Shown piece after piece: positions 1-7,289 of a stretch of DNA of 24,000 nucleotides. The stretch's first letter is position 1, and every line of letters begins with the position of its first letter. The notes under the pieces are model-generated. The model saw only the letters and a list, made by a program, of their open reading frames with translations. It did not search any database and had not been told where the DNA came from. Origin of the DNA: an uncultured Atopobium sp. Its GTDB lineage: Bacteria; Actinomycetota; Coriobacteriia; Coriobacteriales; Atopobiaceae. The stretch lies in the NCBI GenBank assembly GCA_963525825.1, contig CAURLG010000005.1:1-24000 (forward strand), given 5' to 3'. A program made the position numbers and the translations under genes.

Positions 1-180
1 GCACTTCTTTTAAATACCTGAAATGCTTGCTTACACCACTTTTCGGGACACGACCATGATGAACTCCCGCAGGGTGCCAAACGACAAATCTTGCACAGAT
101 TTCCTGTGTGATTTCAAATCGGTCAGATTACTTGCGCCATTTCCGGGTATGGAATTCATACTTTTTCGCGAAGGAGTGCT

Positions 181-1209
181 ATGGATTACTGTCTTTCGTA
201 CTTTTCAGCGTTTAATTTATTAATGAGTTCCTCTAGGCCATTTGATTCGTCGTCGGCAGCAAATGCTATGGTCAGAGCGCCACTTGTTCCCGAGTCTACA
301 CCTGGAGCGGCCATGGAACGAGAGCTTGCCGTCTACTATGGACACCTGCCGGAAATACAAGGTGTACGCATTCACCAGGAGTCTAATGGTAAGGTTGACC
401 TGCTAATTCGTGATGTGAATTCTGCGTCTACAAGAGCAAATGTTGCACTTCACATCTGTAATTCAAAAGTTTTGCCATCAATGCTTCTGCCCATAGACGC
501 TGGGCAAAAAGGATTTATTACATCTCCAGAATTCACTTATTTGCAGATTGCGTCAAAACTCGATTTCATCGGAACAATTCTTGCAGGTAGCGCGCTATGC
601 TCTGATTATTTTTTGAACCAAAATGGTCACGGTGGAGTTTCGCAACGCCAAAATGGCCCTCTGACAAATCGGGCTGCAATTGCAAAGTTTCTTGCCACAC
701 AAGGAAGAAAGCGTGGCATCATTCCAGCTAAACGAGCGCTTCAACACATCGTAGAGAAAGCCCGGTCGCCCCGAGAAGCTTCGCTTGCGTTGCTAATGTG
801 CCTCCCGTATAACCTCGGTGGCTTTAATCTAGGAACCGTTGAGCTCAACAAGCCTATTGAGCTGGAAAACCGATATGGCGAGAAAATCACTCGAATTCCT
901 GACTTAACCATTCAGCTCAAGGATAAAAGACGGAAGCGGGCGACGGTGCTGCTAGATTATGATCCTGCGGTAACGCATTCTGGCAATCAAAAAATCACGC
1001 GAGACCTGGATAGGGAAAACGAGCTGGTAACAGGCGTTCAGTGTCCGCATTTTTCGGTATCTGGCGAGATGCTTAAAAGCTTTGAAAGCGTTCAGGGCTT
1101 GGTCCGCCAGATTCGCGAGTCTACCGGAATAACAGCACGTGACACGACTATGTCAGATCTCGAAGAACGACAGCGGGAGCTCTGGGCACGGGTATTCAAA
1201 TCCAGGTAG
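181..1209 (+). CDS. Hypothetical protein with C-terminal DUF559/Vsr-like (restriction-endonuclease-fold) type region; overall AbiEi-like layout
   Basis: 342-codon ORF with AAGGAG 4 nt upstream of ATG181. An alternative start at ATG313 is also preceded by GGAG. The C-terminal half has the motif order I associate with DUF559 proteins: SPREASLALLM ... IPDLTIQL ... VLLDYDPAVTH ... DLDRENEL. Function is not assignable by eye. The ORF looks lower in GC than its neighbours. Confidence 0.5.
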   Translation: MDYCLSYFSAFNLLMSSSRPFDSSSAANAMVRAPLVPESTPGAAMERELAVYYGHLPEIQGVRIHQESNGKVDLLIRDVNSASTRANVALHICNSKVLPSMLLPIDAGQKGFITSPEFTYLQIASKLDFIGTILAGSALCSDYFLNQNGHGGVSQRQNGPLTNRAAIAKFLATQGRKRGIIPAKRALQHIVEKARSPREASLALLMCLPYNLGGFNLGTVELNKPIELENRYGEKITRIPDLTIQLKDKRRKRATVLLDYDPAVTHSGNQKITRDLDRENELVTGVQCPHFSVSGEMLKSFESVQGLVRQIRESTGITARDTTMSDLEERQRELWARVFKSR

Positions 1210-1300
1210 CAAAACCAGCTGCCACGTCTTTTCTGCGCAGCTTGCCGTACAATAGAGAAGCATAAACCGCTCATAATCGCACAGCCAGAAGGAGAAAATC

Positions 1301-1942
1301 GTGGAAGTTAACGGCCTTATCGACCATACAAATTTGAAGCAGAACGCAACCGCTGAAGACATCAAGAAACTTTGCGCCGAGGCAAAGCAGTACAAGTTTG
1401 CAACTGTCGCCATCAATTCTTGCTGGGTTTCTCTGGCTCATGCCGAGCTCGAGGACTCAGGAGTTGGTATCACTTCCTGCATCGGTTTCCCTCTGGGCGC
1501 CGCTTCAACTGCAGCTAAGGTCGCCGAGGCCAAGCAGAGCGTCGCCGACGGCACAACCGAGATTGATATGGTCATCAACGGTGGCCACCTGGTCGCGGGT
1601 GACGACGACTACGTTATCGCTGATATCAAGGCTGTCGTTGAGGCCGCTGGCACCGTGCCCGTTAAGGTAATCCTGGAGTGCTGCCTGCTTGATGACGAGC
1701 AGATCGTTCGTGCTTGCAAGGATTGCATGGCTGCTGGGGCTGCGTTCGTCAAGACAAGCACCGGCTTCAGCACCGGCGGCGCAACTGTTCATGACGTCGC
1801 TCTGATGAAGCAGACTGTCGGCAACACTTGCAAGGTTAAGGCTGCTGGCGGCATCCACAATAAGGCTGACGCTGAGGCAATGGTCGCAGCGGGCGCAGAT
1901 CGCCTGGGCTGCTCCAGCGGAATCGCTATTGTCACCGAGTAG
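1301..1942 (+). CDS. deoC: Deoxyribose-phosphate aldolase
   Basis: GTG start 7 nt after AAGGAGAA. Full-length match to the DeoC pattern: IDHTNLK, ATVAINSCWV, CIGFPLGA, TEIDMVIN, VKVILE, FVKTSTGF (Schiff-base Lys), KAAGGI. Confidence 0.95.
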   Translation: MEVNGLIDHTNLKQNATAEDIKKLCAEAKQYKFATVAINSCWVSLAHAELEDSGVGITSCIGFPLGAASTAAKVAEAKQSVADGTTEIDMVINGGHLVAGDDDYVIADIKAVVEAAGTVPVKVILECCLLDDEQIVRACKDCMAAGAAFVKTSTGFSTGGATVHDVALMKQTVGNTCKVKAAGGIHNKADAEAMVAAGADRLGCSSGIAIVTE

Positions 1943-1994
1943 CTCGCTGATCAGGAGTTTTCCGGACCAACACTTCACGGATAGGTAAATGAAG

Positions 1995-2034
1995 ACGACC
2001 TCATAGCATGTGCTGCGAGGTCGTTCTTTGTTGT
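1995..2034. terminator. Stem-loop terminator shared by convergent deoC and yjjW-type gene
   Basis: ACGACCTC (1995-2002) pairs with GAGGTCGT (2017-2024), and AGCA/TGCT pair inside the loop. TCTTTGTTGT follows on the + strand, 52 nt after the deoC stop. The tail on the - strand is less T-rich. Confidence 0.55.
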
Positions 2035-2047
2035 GGAATAGTGGGGT

Positions 2048-2097
2048 GGCGAGAAACCCGTGTAAGCTGCAGCAACAATCGCGGCGAGAAACCCGTG
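2048..2097. repeat. Two tandem copies (35-bp period) of GGCGAGAAACCCGTGyrAGCTGCrGC; its core also occurs elsewhere in the window
   Basis: GGCGAGAAACCCGTG occurs at 2048-2062 and 2083-2097. The reverse-complement core GGGGTTTCTCGCCAG occurs at 11946-11960 and 18024-18038. All four copies are intergenic. Confidence 0.7.
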
Positions 2098-2193
2098 CGA
2101 GCTGCGGCCTGCACCACCTGGACGCCGTGTGCTGCTGGTGTCGCGCTTCACGCCGCGTCTGCTGCGGCTGGTATCGCGCACCCGCCGCAGCGA

Positions 2194-3138
2194 CTAGCTG
2201 ACGACAACCTCGCCAAAGCCCAGGTTGCGAGCCTGCGACTCAATCGCTTGCATGCGCTCGTCGCTTGGAGAAGGGGAGTTCTCCATCGGTCCGCGTACAC
2301 CAAAACGCCTGAACTTCATGAGACGAATACGCGTCTGCCCGACCTTCTCGCCAAGGGTTGCGGCAATGCCTTCAACTGCGTCTTCAGCGTCGTTCCAGCC
2401 TTCGGTCACGATGACGCGAACCTCTTCTAGCTTGTTTTGCTCGGCCAAAAACGCAAGGTTTTTGCGGACCGTGACGCCATTCTCGCCGGTCAGGTGCTCA
2501 AACCACTGATCGTCCCAAGCCTTGACGTCAAGCATGACGCCGCTTGAGAGATCCAGCAGATCGCGGTACTCGGTGAAGTCGATGGTGCCGTTTGAGTCGA
2601 TGAGGCAGCTCAGACCAGCTGCGTTGCAGTAGGTGAAAAGCTCGTAGAGGAAGTCGGGACGGAGCATGCATTCGCCGCCTGAGGTGGTGATTCCGCGGAT
2701 GAACGGCATGTTGGAAATGCAGCGGTCGGCCACCTCGCGTGCGCTGAGCAGCTCAATCTTTGGCGTGGATTTGTGCTGACACACCTTGATGCAGTTGTCG
2801 CAGTTGATGCAAATGGAGTTGTCCCACACAACCTTGCCGTCAGCCACGGACAGGGCGTGAGCTGGGCATGGTTTGACGCATGCCTGGCAGGAGATGCATT
2901 CCACCTGGGTCTCGGGGTTGTGGCAGTAGGCGCAGCGAATGTTGCAGCCCTGCAGGAAGACGGCAGTTCGGCTTCCTGGGCCATCTACCAGCGAGAAGGG
3001 AATGATCTTGTTGACAGGAGCAACACACCCAGTTGGATGTGCTGCTCCTGAATTGGTTGCCGGGACGCTTGCGGTTGCGGGACGCGCCGCTTCGCCTCGT
3101 GTTGCTCCCAAAATTGTTTCTGTTGCAGTACAGGTCAC
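2194..3138 (-). CDS. yjjW: Glycyl-radical enzyme activating enzyme (radical SAM), YjjW type
   Basis: Radical-SAM motif CNIRCAYCHNPET (nt 2923-2946) follows IIPFSLVDGPGSRTAVFLQGC. Two ferredoxin-like clusters are present: CISCQACVKPCP and CINCDNCIKVCQ. The gene lies 19 nt downstream of the YjjI-type gene. The GTG start gives a ~40-aa Ala/Thr/Pro-rich N-terminal extension, so the start is uncertain. Confidence 0.88.
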   Translation of the reverse strand: MTCTATETILGATRGEAARPATASVPATNSGAAHPTGCVAPVNKIIPFSLVDGPGSRTAVFLQGCNIRCAYCHNPETQVECISCQACVKPCPAHALSVADGKVVWDNSICINCDNCIKVCQHKSTPKIELLSAREVADRCISNMPFIRGITTSGGECMLRPDFLYELFTYCNAAGLSCLIDSNGTIDFTEYRDLLDLSSGVMLDVKAWDDQWFEHLTGENGVTVRKNLAFLAEQNKLEEVRVIVTEGWNDAEDAVEGIAATLGEKVGQTRIRLMKFRRFGVRGPMENSPSPSDERMQAIESQARNLGFGEVVVS

Positions 3139-3157
3139 GATTGCGCAGCTCTTCTCG

Positions 3158-4660
3158 CTAGTCGCTCATGCGAACCTTGCGCTCGCCAAGGTGGTTGGCG
3201 GTGAAGTTGCCCAGGCCGTCGTGAGCGGTGTCCTGCAGGACAACGTCGCCGGACTGGAACTTCTTCATCTCAGAGCGCTTAGCCAAGAAGCCGGTAATGC
3301 GGACCAGGTCACCCTCGGAGCTGTAGAACGAGAGATACTTGTCATCGATGGAGAATGCGGCCTTGACCACGTCAACGACAGCGTCTGGGTTGCGCTCAGC
3401 AGTTGGCTCAGCTGGGAAGATGTCGGAGACGCCACTGTTGAAGAAGCGGTGCATGCGAGCGCTGTGGCGAATGTGGTCGTAGAGATTTGCAGGCTCGTCG
3501 CCAACCTTGATGCGGACACCTGGGGTAACACCCTGCTGGTCAGAGAAGCCAGCCTGTGCGTGCAGGGTGAAGCGGCCGCCAAAGACCTCGGAGTAGACGG
3601 CGTCAAAGCTGTTGACCTGGTCGGCAATCTTGACCATGATCTGATCGGCCAGCTCATTGGCCTCGTCGTCCTTGCCGTAGGTGCGGCTGCTGTCAAGATG
3701 CAGCAGCTCAGCGACGCACTCGCTCATGCCGGCAACGCCAAACATGCCGCAGAAGCGCTCGCGAGAAATGAGACCTTCCTGAGCCAGGAAGCTGGTCTCA
3801 AAGAAGTTGGAATCCTCAACCATAAAGCGGACGCGCTCGTTCATGAAGTTCAGAACCTCGCCGGTTGCGGTTGGCAGCAGGTTGTTCATGAAGTCGTCAA
3901 CGTTGGTTGCAAGTTTTGCAAGGCCAGGGAGAAGTACGCGGCTCAAAGTGTAAGCGCCACCGCCCATAGGAAGGACGTTGTAGCAGCTTACGACGGTGTA
4001 CTCGCCAGGGTAGGTCTCTTTGTGGATGCGGTGGTTAGCAAAAGCAGGGTTGGAGCAGACCATGGTGGTCTTGACTGCCAGGCGCATGAACTCGTCAGAT
4101 GTGACCTCTGGATCGTACTTGAGAGTGAAGTTTGGAACGGCGTTCATGAGCTCGCGGTCAACCTCAAGCAGCAGTCTACCTGCGCGAGTGTCCTCTGGAC
4201 CAATGTTTGCGTGGCAATAACCACTTGCAACGGTGCGGTCGATGTGGTTCAGGAAGCGGCGCAGACGAGGCTTAATCTCTGCGTCGGTCATGCCCTCCAG
4301 GAATGGGTCGATAATCTTGTCCAACTGGCCAACGTATACAGGGCGGCTGGTGACAGAAGGAACGTTGTCGTAAAGAGCGGCAAGGCCCCAGAGCAGGTCA
4401 TCAAGGGTCTCTGGCTTGTCAAAGCGCAAAAACTCGGAACCGTTCTGAGCAAATACCTGGTAGTCAGGGCAGATGTAGCGAGGACGGTAAGGAGCGTTGC
4501 CCTCACACATGTCGTCAAGCGCGTGAGCTGCAAAAAGACGATCAAACTCAGCAGTTGTCTTAATAGGGTGTTCGGAGTTCTCGGCAGCCTGAGCCAGGTG
4601 CAGAACCTTCTGCTTGTACGAGAGGTTGTCGGAAGTGATGATGTCCATGAACTCGCTCAT
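3158..4660 (-). CDS. yjjI: YjjI-family glycine radical enzyme (DUF3029), substrate unknown
   Basis: 500 aa with AAGGAG 7 nt upstream of the ATG. Family-typical blocks are present: APYRPRYICPDYQVF, GSEFL, VPSVTSRPVYVGQLD, HANIGPED, VVSCYNVLPMGGG. The C-terminal glycyl-radical motif is GDLVRITGFLAKR (Gly codon 3290-3292). Confidence 0.9.
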   Translation of the reverse strand: MSEFMDIITSDNLSYKQKVLHLAQAAENSEHPIKTTAEFDRLFAAHALDDMCEGNAPYRPRYICPDYQVFAQNGSEFLRFDKPETLDDLLWGLAALYDNVPSVTSRPVYVGQLDKIIDPFLEGMTDAEIKPRLRRFLNHIDRTVASGYCHANIGPEDTRAGRLLLEVDRELMNAVPNFTLKYDPEVTSDEFMRLAVKTTMVCSNPAFANHRIHKETYPGEYTVVSCYNVLPMGGGAYTLSRVLLPGLAKLATNVDDFMNNLLPTATGEVLNFMNERVRFMVEDSNFFETSFLAQEGLISRERFCGMFGVAGMSECVAELLHLDSSRTYGKDDEANELADQIMVKIADQVNSFDAVYSEVFGGRFTLHAQAGFSDQQGVTPGVRIKVGDEPANLYDHIRHSARMHRFFNSGVSDIFPAEPTAERNPDAVVDVVKAAFSIDDKYLSFYSSEGDLVRITGFLAKRSEMKKFQSGDVVLQDTAHDGLGNFTANHLGERKVRMSD

Positions 4661-4808
4661 TAGTGCTCCTTACGTTTATCCTGCAAAAACAGGTTTGTGA
4701 TTGCGACGGGTACGTCGGTCGTTCCAAATTATGGTGCACCGCATTGCGCGGCGCGCTGCTTGGGGCGAGAAGAACGGTCTTGCCCAAGCGTTGTGCCAGG
4801 TACAGAGG

Positions 4809-5576
4809 TTAGTCCAGAAGGTGGGATTCTCCCTCGTGTTTCATTGCGTCGTCGAGACGCTGGAACTGCCTCTCGGTAATAACAATCTTGCCATGCTGAA
4901 CAGAAACCATGCCCCTCTCCTTAAGCTCGTCGATGCCGCGGGCAACAGTTTTTGTGCTGGTACCAATCTTGTCTGCCAGCTCTTGCCTGGTCAGACGTAC
5001 CGTAAACGGCCACTCAACAACGCCGCGGTGAATCTGATCGCGCGTGAGCTCGCTAAGCATGTACATCAGGCGCTTGGTTCCGCTCCAGGTCAGCAGGCTG
5101 CGCTCGTAGCCAGACTGACGTGTCAGATTCTTGATAATCCAGCGTGAGCGGGTGAGAAGTGCCTCAGGGTCCGAACGAATCCACTGCAGGTAGTCCTCGC
5201 GTGGAACCGAAATAAACTCGCAGCCGGAAGTTGCGGTGAGCGATCCCAGGTAAAACGGGCTCTCGCTAATAACTTCCATCTCGCCAAAAGCAACGGGCGC
5301 ACGATACTCGTCAATAACGTACGTACTACCTGCGGAATTATGCGACGTAGTGCGCACGGTACCGCGGCACAGAATGTACACGTTATCAACGCGGTCCAGC
5401 ATGTGGACAAGGGTCTGTCCGGAATTAAGACGAATCTGCCTACAATGAGAAAGACGATTAGCAGGAACGCGAGAAGCCCATTTGATGATCTTCTTGCGAA
5501 CGTCGGAATCAAGACTATCAAGGTAGGTTAGGACGTTCACACGAGACCTCGCTGTTCTTGTTTCGTAAGTCCTCAT
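4809..5576 (-). CDS. Crp/Fnr-family transcriptional regulator (cNMP-binding-like barrel plus C-terminal HTH)
   Basis: Barrel region contains VAFGEMEVISESP. The HTH is LTRQELADKIGTSTKTVARGIDELKERGMV. There is no FNR-type N-terminal Cys cluster. ATG5576 lacks an SD sequence, while in-frame GTG5540 has GAGG 8 nt upstream, so the start is uncertain. Confidence 0.85.
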   Translation of the reverse strand: MRTYETRTARSRVNVLTYLDSLDSDVRKKIIKWASRVPANRLSHCRQIRLNSGQTLVHMLDRVDNVYILCRGTVRTTSHNSAGSTYVIDEYRAPVAFGEMEVISESPFYLGSLTATSGCEFISVPREDYLQWIRSDPEALLTRSRWIIKNLTRQSGYERSLLTWSGTKRLMYMLSELTRDQIHRGVVEWPFTVRLTRQELADKIGTSTKTVARGIDELKERGMVSVQHGKIVITERQFQRLDDAMKHEGESHLLD

Positions 5577-5678
5577 TACAGGACAGTTTCGGCTTAAGTT
5601 TGAGTAATTGTAACTGCTAGCAAAAATAAAAATAAGGACTTTTGTCCACTTTTTGAGACAATTTTCTTGAACGGTATC

Positions 5679-5761
5679 GGGCTGTGATTGGGCTGCGATT
5701 AGGTTGCAGCCAACCAGCGGTCAACCCACGGTCAGCCTACGGTCAGCTCGCGGTCAAGCTG
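5679..5761. repeat. About 7.5 tandem units with strict 11-bp phasing (GGGCTGyGATT x2-3, then CGGTCArCnnn x4)
   Basis: Units read gggctgtgatt / gggctgcgatt / aggttgcagcc ... cggtcaaccca / cggtcagccta / cggtcagctcg / cggtcaagctg. The CGGTCA units occupy 5718-5761. The array lies 100-185 bp upstream of the Crp-family gene. Confidence 0.65.
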
Positions 5762-5792
5762 CCGCAAGACAGAAAAAGCCCCCACATCAAAC

Positions 5793-5838
5793 TGAACTGC
5801 CTCTCATTTCTTGGACATAAGAAATAGGAGGCAGTTCA
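5793..5838. repeat. 46-bp palindromic element, copy A (20-bp arms, 6-nt loop GGACAT)
   Basis: TGAACTGCCTCTCATTTCTT-ggacat-AAGAAATAGGAGGCAGTTCA; 18 of 20 arm positions pair. Confidence 0.8.
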
Positions 5839-5840
5839 AA

Positions 5841-5969
5841 ACACACCTATGACAGATAATCTGTCAAAAAGACGTATACATTACGCTGAAAATACCTCAA
5901 TCATGCAGATTATCGTCATTAGGTGTGTAAAATGCCCACAATTGAGCAGATTATCCGACTTAGGTGTGT
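5841..5969. repeat. Three copies of a ~24-bp motif CAGATTATC-n5/6-TAGGTGTGT (one inverted, two direct with 41-bp period)
   Basis: The inverted copy at 5841-5865 is acacacctatgacagataatctgtc. The direct copies are gcagattatcgtcattaggtgtgt (5905-5928) and gcagattatccgacttaggtgtgt (5946-5969). They lie immediately inside palindrome copy A, and AT-rich DNA follows. Confidence 0.7.
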
Positions 5970-6208
5970 TCCGTAGATACAGAATTTATCGATAGTTAAA
6001 TTTCTTATATAAGTCTATTCATTTTCAAGCATATTAGATGAAGTTTATGCATAGAGATGTATATCAGGTAGTACGACCGCCTAACTGCCTAGCTATCTTG
6101 ATTAGGAACATGTCGATTCTTCGGCAGAACCTACCAAAGCTGCGCTATTTTGTGCGCCAGGCCTAAAAGCCGACGCTAACACGCTGCAGAATCATAATCA
6201 CCCGCATA

Positions 6209-6254
6209 TGAACTACCTCCCATTTCTTATGTCCAAGAAATGGGAGGCAGTTCA
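6209..6254. repeat. 46-bp palindromic element, copy B, inverted relative to copy A (loop ATGTCC)
   Basis: TGAACTACCTCCCATTTCTT-atgtcc-AAGAAATGGGAGGCAGTTCA; 19 of 20 arm positions pair. The loop is the reverse complement of the copy A loop. The element lies 54 nt downstream of the psuG stop. Confidence 0.8.
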
Positions 6255-6307
6255 AAACGACGCGGAGGCCAAAGGAACTGCGATGCTTACGCAGCGCTAA
6301 CGTGCAC

Positions 6308-7234
6308 TTACTTGCGGTTGCAAACCTCTGCAGCAACCTTTGCACCAAGAGCAACGTTGTTGAAGACCAGCTGAATGTTTGACTCAAGGGAGTTGTTGCC
6401 GGTAATCTCAGCAACCTTTGCCAGCAAGAATGGTGTGGACTCCTTGCCGTGGATACCGTTTGCCTCTGCCTCTGCAAGGGCCTTCTCGATAGCTGCGTCA
6501 ATGGTGTCCTTATCCATTGCATACTGCTCAGGAATTGGGTTGGTGACCAGAAGGCCGCTGTTCATGCCAATCTGCTGCTGGGTAGTAAAGATCTCTGCCA
6601 GCTCAGCAGGGGAGTCAACGCGGTAGTCAACGCTAAAGCCGCTCTTGCGGGTGTAGAACGCAGGAAGCTCCTTGGTCTGGTAACCAAGTACTGGAACACC
6701 CTTGGTCTCCAGGTACTCAAGGGTAAGGCCAAGGTCAAGAATGGACTTTGCACCAGCGCAAATGACCATAACAGGAGTCTGTGCAAGCTCCTCGAGGTCA
6801 GCGGAGATGTCCATGGTGGTCTCAGCGCCACGGTGAACGCCACCAATGCCGCCGGTTGCAAAGACGTCGATGCCCGCCATGTGAGCAATCATCATGGTAG
6901 TAGTGACGGTAGTTGCGCCGTCCTTCTTTTCAGCGATGATAACAGGGAGGTCGCGGCGGCTTACCTTAGCAACCTCGCGGCCCTTCTTGCCCAGGTAGTC
7001 AATCTCGTCAGCGGAAAGACCGGCACGCATCTGGCCGTTAATAATTGCGATAGTTGCAGGAATTGCACCGTTGTCGCGGATAATCTGCTCAACTTTCAGA
7101 GCGGTCTCGACGTTCTGTGGGTAAGGCATACCGTGAGAAATGATGGTGGACTCCAGAGCTACAACAGGCTTGTTCTGCTCAATTGCCTCTTTGACCTCGT
7201 CAGATACAACGAGAAAATCCTTCAGGTTAGACAT
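6308..7234 (-). CDS. psuG: Pseudouridine-5'-phosphate glycosidase
   Basis: GGAG 7 nt upstream of the ATG. Motifs VVALESTIISHGMPYPQN, ATGGIGGVHRG and VICAGAKSILD are typical of PsuG/YeiN (indigoidine synthase A-like family). Confidence 0.93.
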   Translation of the reverse strand: MSNLKDFLVVSDEVKEAIEQNKPVVALESTIISHGMPYPQNVETALKVEQIIRDNGAIPATIAIINGQMRAGLSADEIDYLGKKGREVAKVSRRDLPVIIAEKKDGATTVTTTMMIAHMAGIDVFATGGIGGVHRGAETTMDISADLEELAQTPVMVICAGAKSILDLGLTLEYLETKGVPVLGYQTKELPAFYTRKSGFSVDYRVDSPAELAEIFTTQQQIGMNSGLLVTNPIPEQYAMDKDTIDAAIEKALAEAEANGIHGKESTPFLLAKVAEITGNNSLESNIQLVFNNVALGAKVAAEVCNRK

Positions 7235-7289
7235 ATATACTCCAATCGTAAACGACTAATGGAACCGAAAGTAGTGCCGTGCAGATGCG

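Noticed and set aside
1975-2430. ORFs of 63-140 aa in and around the GC-rich deoC/yjjW intergenic region
   Set aside because: The translations are Arg/Cys/Ala-rich with no SD. They overlap repeat DNA and the 3' end of the yjjW-type gene.
2939-4663. 574-aa + strand ORF, the second longest ORF in the window after the 1596-aa ORF
   Set aside because: It lies entirely antisense to the well-supported yjjI-type gene. The translation is Ala/Val/Gly/Leu-rich with no recognisable motif and no SD sequence. This is a typical shadow ORF produced by the codon bias of the opposite strand.
4661-4808. Canonical CRP (TGTGA-n6-TCACA) or FNR (TTGAT-n4-ATCAA) box upstream of yjjI
   Set aside because: Only an isolated TGTGA half-site at ~4696-4700 is present, without the partner half-site, and there is no FNR-type box. 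The regulator's true site is unknown.
5849-5995. 48-codon ORF (MTDNLSKRRIHYAEN...) inside the hairpin-bounded low-GC segment
   Set aside because: The nearest GGAGG is 17 nt from the ATG and is buried in the palindrome arm. The two direct DNA repeats are read in different frames (QIIVIRCV vs SRLSDLGV), so the repeat is conserved at the DNA level rather than the protein level.
5793-6254. Integron attC site or IS element
   Set aside because: No integrase or transposase gene is in the window, and the segment has no coding capacity. The near-perfect symmetric hairpins lack the asymmetric bulged architecture of attC sites. I kept it as a MITE/REP-like candidate instead.
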